The notes under the pieces: model-generated
The model's input: only the letters and a program-made list of their open reading frames with translations
Database searches by the model: none
Told to the model about the DNA's origin: nothing
Translations under genes and position numbers: made by a program
Assembly (NCBI GenBank): GCA_035552775.1
Contig: DASZKW010000043.1
Span: forward strand, 1-64,000
Origin: Acidimicrobiales bacterium
Lineage (GTDB): Bacteria > Actinomycetota > Acidimicrobiia > Acidimicrobiales > Palsa-688
Direction: 5' to 3'
Length of the DNA: 64,000 bases
Shown here: piece after piece, positions 1 to 10,086 of the stretch
How the letters are laid out: the number at the start of each line of letters is the position of its first letter
How positions within the stretch are numbered: position 1 is the stretch's first letter

Positions 1-713
1 ACCGGTTCGAGGCTGGGGCGTATCTGGTCGGCACCGAGGCCCTCCAGTTCTTCGAGCGGGTACGTTCCGGTGCCCACGAGCAGGCAGCGGGCTCCGGCCG
101 CCTGAGCGCACTCCAGGTCGCGAGGGGTGTCGCCGACGACCCAGGTGTCGCCGGCTGTGAGCTCCACGCCGTGGCGGCCGGCGACGCGGCGCAGGGCGAC
201 GGGCACCAGTACCCGGCGGTCGGCGTCGTCGCTTCCATAGGCGCCTACCTCCAGGTCGAGCCAGCGCTCCAGGCCGAACGCGGTCAACTTGACGACGGCG
301 TTGGGGGCGACGTTACCGGTGAGCACCGTCGACACCACCCGCCGGTCACAGTGGAGGCGCTCGAGCAGATCGACCACCCCGGGCAATACGTAGCCGTCGG
401 CGGCCATCGCCGCGGCCGCTGCCTCCAGCCCCTCCTCGAGGTGGCGGAGGATCTCGGGCAGAGCCTCGGGAGCGGCGTGCATCAGCTCCAGGTACTCGCT
501 CACGATCTGGGGATCGGTCTTGCCACCCATGCGGACACGGACTTCGGGAGCGCGCCCCAGCACCGCCTCCAGGGCACGGTCGAACACCGCAGCACCGTGG
601 CCGCCGGCGTGGAGCAGCGTCCCGTCCACGTCGAAGAGCACGAGGCGCCGGATCACCGGATCAAGGTACGGAGTTTCTTCGCCGTCACCAGCGGCGGGGT
701 AGACAATGGTCAT
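1..713 (-). CDS. HAD-superfamily hydrolase (C-terminus off left edge of window)
   Basis: Minus-strand translation begins [10 protein letters not shown]...[17 protein letters not shown] (DxDGT motif I) and later [24 protein letters not shown] (motif IV region). ATG at 713..711. The ORF is not in the track because it runs off the edge. Confidence 0.6.
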   Translation of the reverse strand, partial: MTIVYPAAGDGEETPYLDPVIRRLVLFDVDGTLLHAGGHGAAVFDRALEAVLGRAPEVRVRMGGKTDPQIVSEYLELMHAAPEALPEILRHLEEGLEAAAAAMAADGYVLPGVVDLLERLHCDRRVVSTVLTGNVAPNAVVKLTAFGLERWLDLEVGAYGSDDADRRVLVPVALRRVAGRHGVELTAGDTWVVGDTPRDLECAQAAGARCLLVGTGTYPLEELEGLGADQIRPSLEP

Positions 714-2349
714 GCAGATCACTCCGGTGCGCATGACCGAGACGACCGAGTGGAAGGCGCTCGCCGAGCACCAGCGCCAGCTCGCGGACGTCCACCTGCG
801 TGACCTTTTCGCCGAGGATCCGAGCCGGGGCGACACCCTCACCGTCGACGCCGCCGACCTCCACCTCGACTACTCCAAGGGCAGGCTCACCGCCGAGACC
901 ATCCGCCTGCTGGTGGCCGTCGCCGAGCGAGCGGGCCTGCGCGAGCGCATCGACGCCATGTTCGCCGGCGAGCACATCAACACGACCGAGGACCGCGCCG
1001 TGCTCCACGTGGCGTTGAGGGCGCCGCAGGGCGCCGCCCTGACCGTTGACGGCGCCGACGTCGTCGGCCCCGTCCACCGTGTGCTGGAGAAGATGGCCGT
1101 TTTCTCCAACCAGGTTCGCAGCGGCGAATGGCGGGGGGCCACCGGCAAGCGCATCGCCAACGTGGTCAACATCGGCATCGGCGGATCCGACCTCGGGCCG
1201 GCCATGGCCTACGGGGCGCTCCAGCCGTTCGTGGATCGTTCCCTCACCGTCCGCTTCGTGTCCAACGTCGACGGCAGCGATATCTGGGAGGCCACCCGCG
1301 ATCTCGACCCCGCCGAGACGCTGTTCATCGTCAGCTCCAAGACCTTCACCACGACCGAGACCATCACCAACGCCCGCTCGGCGCGGTCGTGGCTCCTGGC
1401 CACCCTGGGAGACCCTTCGGCGGTGGCACGCCATTTCGTCGCCGTGTCCACCAACGCGGCCAAGGTGGCCGAGTTCGGGATCGACACCGACAACATGTTC
1501 GGCTTCTGGGACTGGGTGGGGGGCCGCTACTCCTTCGACTCGGCCATCGGGCTGTCACTGATGATCGCAGTGGGGCCCGACGCATTCTTCGAGATGCTCG
1601 GCGGCTTCCACGCCATCGACGAGCACCTGCGCACCACCCCCTTCGAGCGCAACCTGCCGGTGCTGCTGGGAATGATCGGCGTCTGGTACTACGACCTGTT
1701 CGGGGCCCAGACCCACGCCATCCTCCCGTACAACCACTACCTGGCCAAGTTTCCGAGCTACCTCCAGCAGTTGGACATGGAGAGCAACGGCAAGTCGGTG
1801 ACCCTCGCCGGCGAACCCGTCGACATGGCCACGGGGCCGGTCGTGTGGGGCACCCCCGGTACCAACGGCCAGCACGCCTACTACCAGCTGATCCATCAGG
1901 GCACCCGGCTAATCCCTGCCGATTTCATAGGTTTCCTGCGCCCAGCGCACCGCGTCGGCGACCACCACGACCTGCTCATGGCCAACCTGTTCGCCCAGAC
2001 CGAAGCCCTGGCGTTCGGCAAGACCGCATCAGAGGTTTCCGCCGAGGGGGTGGCCGCCCACCTGGTCCCCCACCGCACGTTCGCCGGCAACCACCCGACC
2101 ACCACCATCCTCGCCCCCGAGTTGTCGCCCCGGGTGCTCGGCGAACTCGTCGCCCTCTACGAGCACAAGGTCCTGACCCAGGGGGTGGTCTGGGGGATCA
2201 ACTCGTTCGACCAGTGGGGCGTGGAGCTCGGCAAGGCGCTCGCGGGCAGGATCGTCCCCGAGCTCACGTCGGAGGCGGAGCCCGAACTGGGCCACGACAG
2301 CTCGACCAACGCCCTCATCCGCAGGTACCGGGGCGCCCGTCGGGGCTGA
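706..2349 (+). CDS. pgi: glucose-6-phosphate isomerase
   Basis: 547-aa ORF with hallmark PGI motifs ([32 protein letters not shown]). Confidence 0.9.
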   Translation: MVMQITPVRMTETTEWKALAEHQRQLADVHLRDLFAEDPSRGDTLTVDAADLHLDYSKGRLTAETIRLLVAVAERAGLRERIDAMFAGEHINTTEDRAVLHVALRAPQGAALTVDGADVVGPVHRVLEKMAVFSNQVRSGEWRGATGKRIANVVNIGIGGSDLGPAMAYGALQPFVDRSLTVRFVSNVDGSDIWEATRDLDPAETLFIVSSKTFTTTETITNARSARSWLLATLGDPSAVARHFVAVSTNAAKVAEFGIDTDNMFGFWDWVGGRYSFDSAIGLSLMIAVGPDAFFEMLGGFHAIDEHLRTTPFERNLPVLLGMIGVWYYDLFGAQTHAILPYNHYLAKFPSYLQQLDMESNGKSVTLAGEPVDMATGPVVWGTPGTNGQHAYYQLIHQGTRLIPADFIGFLRPAHRVGDHHDLLMANLFAQTEALAFGKTASEVSAEGVAAHLVPHRTFAGNHPTTTILAPELSPRVLGELVALYEHKVLTQGVVWGINSFDQWGVELGKALAGRIVPELTSEAEPELGHDSSTNALIRRYRGARRG

Positions 2350-3388
2350 GCGGCACGCCGGCGGGGTCGGGCGGGGGGCCGGCGGGGTCGGGCGGGGGGC
2401 CGGCGGGCGGCCTGGCGGGGTCGGGCGGGGGGTCGGGGGGCGGCCCGGCGGGGTGGGGGGGCGGCCCGGCGGGGTCGGGCGAGTCCGCCTCCATTCTGGG
2501 GACGCAAACCAGGACTCTGTCTTGGTTTGCGTCCCCAGAATGAGTCGGGCCTGCGAAGGTGACCGGCGCGTCCCACGCGGCTCGCCGGGAGGCTCTGCGC
2601 AGGGCGGCTAGGACAGCCTTCCCGAGCACGAGGATGAGCGCGGCGTTGATCACCGCCCGGGGCAGGTCGAAGCCGAGCGAGGTGCTCAGGTCGAACGCCA
2701 CGAAGTGACGCAGGTTGGCGACGGCGCCGGCGCCGGCTTGGTAGGAGATGCTGGTCCCCGATGTCTGCAGGGGCCAGAACCACAAGTTGAGCAGCGCCCC
2801 GTACAGCACGGAAGCGACGGCGACGTAAGCGGCCAGCAGCGCGCATTCGGTACGCCCGGTGGCCCGGGGCAGGCAGCCGGCGCCGAAGCCCATCCACGCC
2901 GCGCCGAACATCTGGAACGGCAACCACGGTCCCACCCCTCCGCTGATCAGGGCGGACGTGACCAGTGTGACCGCGCCCAGGACGAAGCCGAACCCTCGGC
3001 CGAGGACACGGCCGGCGGGCACGAGGAGGAAGAACACCGGCTCGAACCCGGCGACGCCGGGGCCGACCACGCGCAGGGCGCTCCCGCACGCGGCGAGGAC
3101 GCCGAGCATGGCGATGGCCTTGGCGTCGATGGCGCCGTCCGCTATCTCGCTGAGGACGATGGCGAACAGCAGCGGGAGCAGCACGGCGAACTCCCAGGGA
3201 GCGTCGCCGGCGTGTGCCATCGCCGACGGCGATTGTCCGCTGATCACCAGCGGCCATATGAACGACGCCACGCCAAGCGCCGACGCCACCGCCAGCAGGA
3301 CCGACGTTGACGGCCGGAACCGGATGACGCCCGCCGGCCTGGGCGTCGCCAGCCGGGGTGCCCCCCGTGACCTCACTACCCCGCTCAT
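2315..3388 (-). CDS. polytopic membrane protein, putative substrate-capture (S-like) component of the ECF-type transporter; 3' end uncertain
   Basis: ATG at 3388 overlaps the TGA of the upstream ATPase (ATGA). About 290 aa of hydrophobic segments. The ORF reads through the hairpin and a proline-repeat tail to 2315. Confidence 0.45.
   Translation of the reverse strand: MSGVVRSRGAPRLATPRPAGVIRFRPSTSVLLAVASALGVASFIWPLVISGQSPSAMAHAGDAPWEFAVLLPLLFAIVLSEIADGAIDAKAIAMLGVLAACGSALRVVGPGVAGFEPVFFLLVPAGRVLGRGFGFVLGAVTLVTSALISGGVGPWLPFQMFGAAWMGFGAGCLPRATGRTECALLAAYVAVASVLYGALLNLWFWPLQTSGTSISYQAGAGAVANLRHFVAFDLSTSLGFDLPRAVINAALILVLGKAVLAALRRASRRAAWDAPVTFAGPTHSGDANQDRVLVCVPRMEADSPDPAGPPPHPAGPPPDPPPDPARPPAGPPPDPAGPPPDPAGVPLSPDGRPGTCG
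2350..2470. repeat. GC-rich tandem repeat (about 21-nt units, ggcggggtcgggcggggggcc) directly after the pgi stop
   Basis: Direct repeats visible in the sequence. They encode a PAGPPPDP repeat on the minus strand at the C-terminus of the downstream ORF. Confidence 0.7.
2493..2541. terminator. perfect 18-bp inverted repeat with 13-nt loop (attctggggacgcaaacc / ggtttgcgtccccagaat), no T-run
   Basis: Seen directly. It lies between convergent pgi and the ECF-operon end, so it is a likely bidirectional terminator or an RNA processing hairpin. Confidence 0.45.
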
Positions 3389-5100
3389 GCTCGGCCCCCC
3401 GGTGGCCCGTCGGGCTGCGGGCTCCCCAGCGCGCCCGGCAACGCGCCCCCCAGCGCGCCCCCCTGCACGCCTTGCAGCGCGTCGCGCACCTCGCCGACGG
3501 TAAGCCAGGGGTCGGGGGCGAAGACCTTGGCCACCTGGGGGGCGAACACCGGGGAGTGGCACACCATCTGGCGCGCTGGTCCGTCGCCCACCACCGCGCC
3601 GTCGGCCAAGAACACCACCCGGTCGGCGACCTGGGCCGTCAACTCCACGTCGTGGGTGGCGACGACCACGGCGTGGCCGGCGCCGGCCAGATCGCCGAGC
3701 AGGGCGCCCAGCCGGCGCTTGGCGGTGTAGTCGAGGCCTCGGGTCGGCTCGTCGAGCAGCACCAGCGGGGGCTCGGGTGCGAGGATCACGGCGAGGGCGA
3801 GACCGAGGCGCTGACCCTCGGATAGGTCCCGGGGGTGGCGGCCGGGGTCCAGGTCAGCGGCGATGGTGTCCAGCACCGACGCCGTCGTTCCCGTCTTCAG
3901 CCCGCCGTCGCGGTCGGCGGTCGCGCATTCCTCGGCGACGCTCGACGCCCACAGCAACACCCCGGCGTCCTGGGGTACCAGTCCGACCCGGCGGGTCAGC
4001 TCGGCCGGGGTCATGGTGTGCGGCGCCCCGCCGAGCACCCGGACCCTCCCGCCGGTGGGGGCCCGGGCACCGGCGAGGCGGGAGAGGAGCGTGGACTTGC
4101 CCGATCCGTTGCGCCCCATCACCGCCGTGATCTGCCCCCGGTAGAACTCGACGTCGACATGGCGCAGCGCCGGCCGGCCGGCGTAGACCACGGTGAGCGC
4201 TTCGGCGGTGGCAACCGGCCCCCCTGGGGCACCCCGCGGCGCGCCGGCCGGCGCCTGGGCGCCGGCGCCGGCGGCGGCGGCGGCGGCGGTGAGCTCGGCA
4301 CGCAACGGGCCGGCAAATCGGCGGGCGTCGCGCACCGACAGCGGCAGCGGTGACCAGCCGGCCAGGCGCCCGAGCTCGACGATGGGCGGGGCGACGGGAG
4401 AGGTGGCCATCACCTCGGATGGCGGGCCCGTCTGCAAGGGCCGGCCGGCGCCGGGCACGCTGATGACCCGGTCGGCGAATGGGATCACCCGCTCCAGGCG
4501 GTGCTCGGCGACGACGACGGTGAGGCCGACGTCGTGGACGAGGCGGGCCAGCGACGCCAGCACGTCCTCGGCGGCGGCCGGGTCGAGGGCGGAGGTGGGC
4601 TCGTCGAGGACGAGGACCCGGGGGGAGGCGGCGAGCACGGCGCCGATGGCGACCCTTTGCTGCTGGCCGCCCGACAGACTCCGCACGGGGCGGGACCGCA
4701 CCTCGTGGAGTCCGAGAAGGTCGAGGGTGTCCTCCACCCGGCGGCGCATCGCCGCGGGGTCCACCCCGAGGTTCTCCATGGTGTAGGCGAGCTCGTCCTC
4801 GACGACGTCGGTGACGAAGCTGGCGGCCGGATCCTGGCCCACGAAACCGACGAGGTCGGCCATGTCCCGGGGCCGGTGATCGCGGGTGCTGCGCCCGTCC
4901 ACGCTGACCCGACCGCGCAAGTGGCCGCCACTGAAGTGGGGCACCAGGCCGTTGACGGCACGCAACAACGTGGATTTCCCCGAGCCCGTACGACCGATGA
5001 CGACGCACAACTCGCCCTCGGCGACATCGAGCGCCACGTCGCGCAACGTCGGTTCCGGGGCAGCGGGGTAGGAGAAAGAGACGTCGTCGAAGTTGATCAC
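3385..5100 (-). CDS. ECF transporter ATPase, EcfA-EcfA' fusion (two ABC domains)
   Basis: Two Walker A motifs (GRTGSGKST, GRNGSGKST) and two LSGGQ/LSEGQ signatures. The GTG start at 5100 overlaps the TGA of ecfT (GTGA). The upstream 500 aa of the track ORF 3385..6606 is out-of-frame read-through. Confidence 0.8.
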   Translation of the reverse strand: MINFDDVSFSYPAAPEPTLRDVALDVAEGELCVVIGRTGSGKSTLLRAVNGLVPHFSGGHLRGRVSVDGRSTRDHRPRDMADLVGFVGQDPAASFVTDVVEDELAYTMENLGVDPAAMRRRVEDTLDLLGLHEVRSRPVRSLSGGQQQRVAIGAVLAASPRVLVLDEPTSALDPAAAEDVLASLARLVHDVGLTVVVAEHRLERVIPFADRVISVPGAGRPLQTGPPSEVMATSPVAPPIVELGRLAGWSPLPLSVRDARRFAGPLRAELTAAAAAAGAGAQAPAGAPRGAPGGPVATAEALTVVYAGRPALRHVDVEFYRGQITAVMGRNGSGKSTLLSRLAGARAPTGGRVRVLGGAPHTMTPAELTRRVGLVPQDAGVLLWASSVAEECATADRDGGLKTGTTASVLDTIAADLDPGRHPRDLSEGQRLGLALAVILAPEPPLVLLDEPTRGLDYTAKRRLGALLGDLAGAGHAVVVATHDVELTAQVADRVVFLADGAVVGDGPARQMVCHSPVFAPQVAKVFAPDPWLTVGEVRDALQGVQGGALGGALPGALGSPQPDGPPGGRA

Positions 5101-6245
5101 GCCGCGGTCTCCCCGGGCTCGGTGCCCGCGGGTGCTCCGGTACCCTGCGGCGAGCCCGGAAGCGGAGGGGGCGTCAACGCGGCTGGGGCCAGAGCCACCA
5201 GGATGGCCGCCAGCGGAGCCGCCGCCAGCGCCGGCCACTGCGGCGGCGACACGCTCGGATGTATCCCCGCGCCGGTTGCCACCACTGCGACGACGGGTAC
5301 GAGCACGCTCGCCGCGGTGAGCCATTCGGGGCTGCCCCAACGGTCGGGGCGGTACCGGGTACGCGTCGTTCGCCGGCCCCGGGCGACGAGGGCACCGGCG
5401 AGCATCGCCACACCGAGCGGCAGGATCACCGGTCCCACCGGTCCGGGGATGCCCGTCTGGTCCACCAGGGCGGCCACCCCGAGGACGCTCAGTATCAGCC
5501 CGGCGACCGTGGCCACGTCGCCCACCCGCCCGGCCGGCCCGGGCCGGCGCACCCGGCGGCCGTAGCCACGGGCGTCCATTGACGCCGCCAGCTCCAGCGA
5601 GCGGTCGAGGGCTCCTTCGAGCACGGGGACGGCCATACCCCGTACCCCGGCTATGCCCCGCACGGGGCGGCCCCGCAGCCGGCGGGCGTCGCGGATGTTG
5701 CGCACCGTGATCATGGCCTCGGGGGTAAAAGCCAAACCCACGGTCACCGCAACCCCCGCCTCGTAGAGCAGCGACGGCAGGCAGCGCAGCAGCCGGTAGG
5801 GGCTGGCCAGCGAGTTGGCGGCGGCGAAGCAGGCCAGGATCACCGCCAGCTGGAGTCCCTGGTAGAGCGCCCCGAGGATGGCCTCCACCGTCACCGGGCC
5901 GCCGATGCTGACCCCCGCGGCCCACGTGGGCAGCGGGACACGGGGCAAGGCGAAAAGCTGATGACCGCCGACCTTGGCTCCGAAGACGACCTGGATCACC
6001 AGGCGCACCAAGACGATGGTGACCCCGAAGCGGACCGAGACCCCCAGCGTCGCCGCCCATGGGGCGTTGCCCCGCCGGGTGACCACCACCGACGCCACCA
6101 CCGCGAACACCAGCGCCAGCAGCAGCGGGCTGGTGGTGCGCCCGGCGACCACGGCCAGGCCCGCGGCCCACACCCACCACGCCAGGGGATGAAGCGTCCT
6201 CCTGTACGCCTGTACCCGGCCCCGCCCGCCAGAAGCGAGGCTCAC
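5097..6245 (-). CDS. ecfT: ECF transporter transmembrane T component (CbiQ/EcfT family)
   Basis: 382-aa polytopic membrane protein with CbiQ-like architecture. GTGA overlap with the upstream gene at 6242-6245 and with the ATPase at 5097-5100. Confidence 0.75.
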   Translation of the reverse strand: MSLASGGRGRVQAYRRTLHPLAWWVWAAGLAVVAGRTTSPLLLALVFAVVASVVVTRRGNAPWAATLGVSVRFGVTIVLVRLVIQVVFGAKVGGHQLFALPRVPLPTWAAGVSIGGPVTVEAILGALYQGLQLAVILACFAAANSLASPYRLLRCLPSLLYEAGVAVTVGLAFTPEAMITVRNIRDARRLRGRPVRGIAGVRGMAVPVLEGALDRSLELAASMDARGYGRRVRRPGPAGRVGDVATVAGLILSVLGVAALVDQTGIPGPVGPVILPLGVAMLAGALVARGRRTTRTRYRPDRWGSPEWLTAASVLVPVVAVVATGAGIHPSVSPPQWPALAAAPLAAILVALAPAALTPPPLPGSPQGTGAPAGTEPGETAA

Positions 6246-7288
6246 CCCACCTCGCCTCCCCGGCGCCGGTGGCGGCGCTGGTAGGCGACGACGCCCGCGG
6301 CCAAGGCGGCGAGGAGGGCTGCGGTGAGCAGCGCCGGCCAGGCGCTGCCGCCGGTCCGGCGCAGCGAGCCCGACGCGCCGGCCACGGCCCGGGGACCGCC
6401 AACGTTCGAGACCCGGTCCCCCGCCGGCGCCGAGGTGGTGGGGGCATCGAGTGTGGTCCGGGCACCCGTCGCCTGTTTCGGGGTGGGCGCTGCGACGCTG
6501 GACGCGACGGTTGCCGACACGGCCGGCGGGCGCGGCGCTTTCCCTGCCCGGTCACCGGTCGGTGGCGACTGAGCCGGCGCCGACGGCGAACTGCCGCCGC
6601 CCGCACCGGCTGCGACGGCGGCCGTCCCGGCCGGGTTCGACGCGCCGGACGGGGGTGACGAAGCGGGCGAGGAAGGTCCGGGGGGTGGCACAGTGGGCGA
6701 CGTCGCAGCGGGCACCGTCGTCGAGGCTGCGGTCGGAGACGGCGCCGTCGTACCGCAGGTGACGGCGGGGTCCGCCGGGCCGCGCGGCGCCGGGTCGCTC
6801 GGGTTACCGTGGCCGGGGTCTTGGAAACGCCAACCCTGCGTCGTGGCCGCCGACGCGGTGGCGAACGCCGGTCCGGTGTTGGAGTAGCTCCAGCCGCCGG
6901 CCGTGCCCTGCCAGTACGACCAGTAGTCGTACCCGCCGGCGGTGAGGGTCCCGCACCCCGAGGCGGGAGTGCCGTCGATGGCGCAGAGCAGCCCGCTCGG
7001 GTCGTAGCGGGGCGGGGGCCACCCCTCCTGGTTGGAGAGGTCGGCCAACGCCTGCGCGTTGTTGTCCCCGCTCGGGACCTCCACGCAAGCCTGGACGACG
7101 TTTCCCGGCGAGGTGGTGGGGCCGCCGAAGTCGACGACGAACGCCACGTGCGATCCCGTCGCCGCCGCCGCGCACCCCGCGCCGATCGGGCCGGCGAGGC
7201 TCGACGCCGGGAGCCAGGTGGCGGTGCCGACGACCACGCCGGCGGCCAGAGACATCCGCCCCCACCGCCGCGCCCACCGGTTCATCAC
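6242..7288 (-). CDS. secreted, membrane-anchored accessory protein (signal peptide, about 150-aa globular domain, Pro/Ser/Thr-rich linker, C-terminal TM anchor with RRHRRR stop-transfer)
   Basis: N-terminal [33 protein letters not shown]. Conserved domain with a YDYWSYWQG motif, a long PT-rich spacer, then a C-terminal hydrophobic helix plus basic tail. ATGA overlap with the upstream gene. Confidence 0.65.
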   Translation of the reverse strand: MMNRWARRWGRMSLAAGVVVGTATWLPASSLAGPIGAGCAAAATGSHVAFVVDFGGPTTSPGNVVQACVEVPSGDNNAQALADLSNQEGWPPPRYDPSGLLCAIDGTPASGCGTLTAGGYDYWSYWQGTAGGWSYSNTGPAFATASAATTQGWRFQDPGHGNPSDPAPRGPADPAVTCGTTAPSPTAASTTVPAATSPTVPPPGPSSPASSPPSGASNPAGTAAVAAGAGGGSSPSAPAQSPPTGDRAGKAPRPPAVSATVASSVAAPTPKQATGARTTLDAPTTSAPAGDRVSNVGGPRAVAGASGSLRRTGGSAWPALLTAALLAALAAGVVAYQRRHRRRGGEVG

Positions 7289-8748
7289 ACCCCGGGCGGG
7301 TCGGCGCCCATGGCTACCACGGGCCGGTTCAGTTGGGCACCGCCCTCGGAGCCCAAGAACGGGGCGTCTCCGAAGGTGAACACACCACCGTCGGACGCCA
7401 CCAGCCAGTAACCGCGCCCGTCGGCCGTCGGCGCCATCCCCACGATCGGCGCGTTGAGCTTGGCGCCGCCCTCCGACCCGTAGAAGCCGGCGTCGAAGCT
7501 GAACACCCCGCCGTCGGACGCCACCAGGCGGTAGCCCGAACCGGCGGTGGGGTGGGGGTTCTCGGGGAAACTCAGGCCGGCGAGGGCGGGCACCGCCTGC
7601 TCGGTGGCCAGCAGGTTGGCGGTCAGGGCGCCGTTTGCGCCGGCCTGGAACGCGAGGGCCCCCGTAGACGGGCTAGCGGAAATCTGGAGTCCGAGCAGGA
7701 ACGACAGGGCATCGGCGCCTCCCTTGACGAAGCGGGGACCGACGGGGGAGGTCCTGGCGGCGACTAGGGCTTGGATGACCAAGGCGGTGGAGTCCGAGTC
7801 GCTGGGCCCCCCGAAGTACGCCCAGCCTCCGTCGCCACCCTGGACGGCGGCGAGGAAGCCGACGGCGTCGTGGGCGGGAGCGGTCCGCTGGGCGGCGAGG
7901 CCCTCGACGGCAACGGCGGTGGAGTTGGTATCGGGTCCGGTATAGGTGGAGGGGTCGGCCGGCGGGCACGGTGTGGCGGTGTCGGCCCGGTATGCCTCCC
8001 ACCCGCCGCTCTGGCACTGCTGGCCCGTCAGCCACCGCAGCGCCGGGGCTATGACCGCCGTTCCCACGTCGCCGGCCCCGGCGAGGGCGGCTAGGGCCAG
8101 GCCCTGGCGGTACGCACCGTCGTAGGTCGGGTCGGCGCTGCCGAACAGGCCGGCGTCGGTTCCGCTGGTGCGCATGGTGGCGAGGAGCCGCGCCACCAGG
8201 TCGCTTCCGCCGAAACGGCGAGGGTCGACACCGGTGGCGTGAGCGTCGAGGATGAGCAGGGCGAGCCGCCCCGGGTCGTCGACCGGCGGGGTCTGCGAAC
8301 GGTCGACCACGGCGGCGTCGACGTGGGCCTGCAGGTAGGCGATTGCCGGCGCCACAGTTCCCGGGTTGGTTCCGGTGGCGGCGAGGGCCAGGACGGCCTG
8401 GGCGGTGTCGGAGTAGTCGGGTTGACCGGGCGAGGTGGCGGAGGGGATGAAACCGTGGGCGCCGAACTGGCTCGCCAGCCACGTCGAGGCGACAGCGGCG
8501 GCCGGCGACTGGGGGAGCCCGGCCGCGGTCCCAGGCGCACTGGCGGAGGCGCTCAGGCCGGCGAGCGCCGGGGTGGCCGCCAGCGCCGGGGTGGCCGCCA
8601 GCGCCGGGGTGGCCGCCAGCGCCGGGGTGGCCGCCAGCGCCGGGGTGGCGGCGACGGCCGCGGCCAGGGCCGCGGCGGCTACGGGGCGGAGTCGGAAGCA
8701 CAACCGACGGTCGCCGGGTCGGCGCCGGCGGGACGAGAGCGGGACCAT
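7285..8748 (-). CDS. secreted prenyltransferase/terpene-cyclase-like (alpha/alpha-toroid) repeat protein with C-terminal tandem [11 protein letters not shown] repeats
   Basis: ATG at 8748 with an AGGAGG Shine-Dalgarno 8 nt upstream. Signal peptide with an (ATPALA)x5 repeat. Q-x-x-GGW repeat motifs ([22 protein letters not shown]) typical of the prenyltransferase/squalene-cyclase fold. Two C-terminal 40-aa repeats. Confidence 0.65.
   Translation of the reverse strand: MVPLSSRRRRPGDRRLCFRLRPVAAAALAAAVAATPALAATPALAATPALAATPALAATPALAGLSASASAPGTAAGLPQSPAAAVASTWLASQFGAHGFIPSATSPGQPDYSDTAQAVLALAATGTNPGTVAPAIAYLQAHVDAAVVDRSQTPPVDDPGRLALLILDAHATGVDPRRFGGSDLVARLLATMRTSGTDAGLFGSADPTYDGAYRQGLALAALAGAGDVGTAVIAPALRWLTGQQCQSGGWEAYRADTATPCPPADPSTYTGPDTNSTAVAVEGLAAQRTAPAHDAVGFLAAVQGGDGGWAYFGGPSDSDSTALVIQALVAARTSPVGPRFVKGGADALSFLLGLQISASPSTGALAFQAGANGALTANLLATEQAVPALAGLSFPENPHPTAGSGYRLVASDGGVFSFDAGFYGSEGGAKLNAPIVGMAPTADGRGYWLVASDGGVFTFGDAPFLGSEGGAQLNRPVVAMGADPPGV
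8563..8650. repeat. perfect 18-bp tandem repeat x5 (cagcgccggggtggccgc) encoding (ATPALA)n in the signal-peptide region
   Basis: Seen directly in the sequence. Confidence 0.85.
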
Positions 8749-9021
8749 GGTTCGTTTGCCTCCTGGTGAGCGGAGGAGACGAGGAACGCTCCTGCGACGC
8801 CCGGGAAGGGAACCGCACGAACCAACCTTGCTCCGAGGACTGGTTTCGTCGACCCGAAGCAGACGACCGGGCTCATGCTCCAATGGAGCCATCACCGTTG
8901 CGGCACAGCGCCGGGATCGCACCGGACTTCGCTGACATTCGGACCACCCCGCTGGTGGGCCAGGGCCAGCGAAATCTAATCCTGGCCCCCGGGGGTGTCA
9001 AGGTCCGGGGGCTACGGTCAT

Positions 9022-10074
9022 TCAGGCGCTGACGGTGGGCCTGTCGTTTATGGCCCCTTGACGCTCGGCGAGGGGACGCCCGTCGCGCCCGCAGCGCACC
9101 GCGAGGATCTCGGCGCCGATGCTCAGCGCCACCTCCGCGGCGCTGCGCCCGCCGAGGTCGAGGCCGATGGGCCGGTGGATACGCTCCAGGGCGGCGTCGG
9201 TCACCCCTGCGGCCCTCAGGCGTTCGATCCGGCGGGACTGGGTACGCCGGGAGCCCATGGCCCCGACGTACGCGGCGCCGGCAGCCAGGCCGGCGGCCAG
9301 GGCGGGAGCGTCGACATGGGGATCGTGGCTGAGGACCACCAGGGCGGTTGATGCCCCGCCCCATGCCAGCAGCCCGTCGACTTCGGTGAGAGCGTCGGTG
9401 GCGCGGGTCTCCCATCCCAGCAGGCTCGCCTGAGCGGCGATGGCGCCCACCAGCTCGCCGGCGCCGACGACCACGACGCGAGGCGAGGGCACCCAGATGT
9501 CGGCGAGCACCGCGCCGGTGGGATCGTCGAGACGGCGGGTCATGGTGTTGCCCGACCGAAGAGCCTCCACCGCGGCCGCTACCAGTCCGGCGCCGGGCGG
9601 TGTGGCCGGGTCCCCGAGACCGCCCTGCCAGGTCCCGTCGGGATGCACGGCGGTGCCGGCCGGTCCGGCACCAGGCCCGTCGATACGGGTCAACAGGGCG
9701 ACGGGGGCGCGCGCTGCGAGCGCCGCCCACAACTCCTCCGGTACCGCCTCGGCGGGCTGGAGGAGGAGGTCGGCTTGACCGCCGCAGCTCAGTCCCGCAT
9801 CGGCGACCCGCGAGCCGTGCACCTCGATGGCCAGGCGGAACAGGGTGCCCGGGCCGGCGAGGACGTCGGCGGCCGCCTCGGCCACCCGCCCGGCGCCGTA
9901 GCGGCCGAGGATGTCGCCGCGGCGCTCGCCGGCTTCGTTGACCGCCACCAGCTCGTCGCCGGACCAGGTGGAGAAACCTTGCAGCTCGACGACGCGCGCG
10001 AACACGGCCCTCGTGCCCTTTGCGCGCCAGGCCTCGAGCTGGGCGGCCGTCTGCTGAAGTCCTCGGTCGTCCAC
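9022..10074 (-). CDS. XdhC/CoxI-family accessory protein
   Basis: 350-aa ORF with XdhC-like N-terminal and Rossmann-like C-terminal regions (VVVVGAGELVGAIA...). Confidence 0.75.
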   Translation of the reverse strand: MDDRGLQQTAAQLEAWRAKGTRAVFARVVELQGFSTWSGDELVAVNEAGERRGDILGRYGAGRVAEAAADVLAGPGTLFRLAIEVHGSRVADAGLSCGGQADLLLQPAEAVPEELWAALAARAPVALLTRIDGPGAGPAGTAVHPDGTWQGGLGDPATPPGAGLVAAAVEALRSGNTMTRRLDDPTGAVLADIWVPSPRVVVVGAGELVGAIAAQASLLGWETRATDALTEVDGLLAWGGASTALVVLSHDPHVDAPALAAGLAAGAAYVGAMGSRRTQSRRIERLRAAGVTDAALERIHRPIGLDLGGRSAAEVALSIGAEILAVRCGRDGRPLAERQGAINDRPTVSA

Positions 10075-10086
10075 GCCGAACCCCGC

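Noticed and set aside
171-803. 210-aa + strand ORF, and many other long antisense/shadow ORFs in the track (e.g. 685..1434, 1128..2543, 2157..3257, 3854..5008, 8873..10756, 11379..13265, 21064..22245, 23004..24242, 59264..59991)
   Set aside because: Arg/Gly/Pro-rich low-complexity translations overlap well-supported genes on the other strand or frame. This is the typical open-frame artefact of very high GC DNA.
5100-6606. N-terminal about 500 aa of track ORF 3385..6606
   Set aside because: It is an out-of-frame read-through across ecfT. The ATPase begins at the GTG at 5100, which overlaps the ecfT stop.
8749-9021. Cobalamin riboswitch upstream of the ECF operon
   Set aside because: I looked for B12-box elements such as GCCACTG and found none on the transcribed strand. 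Left open for a covariance-model search.
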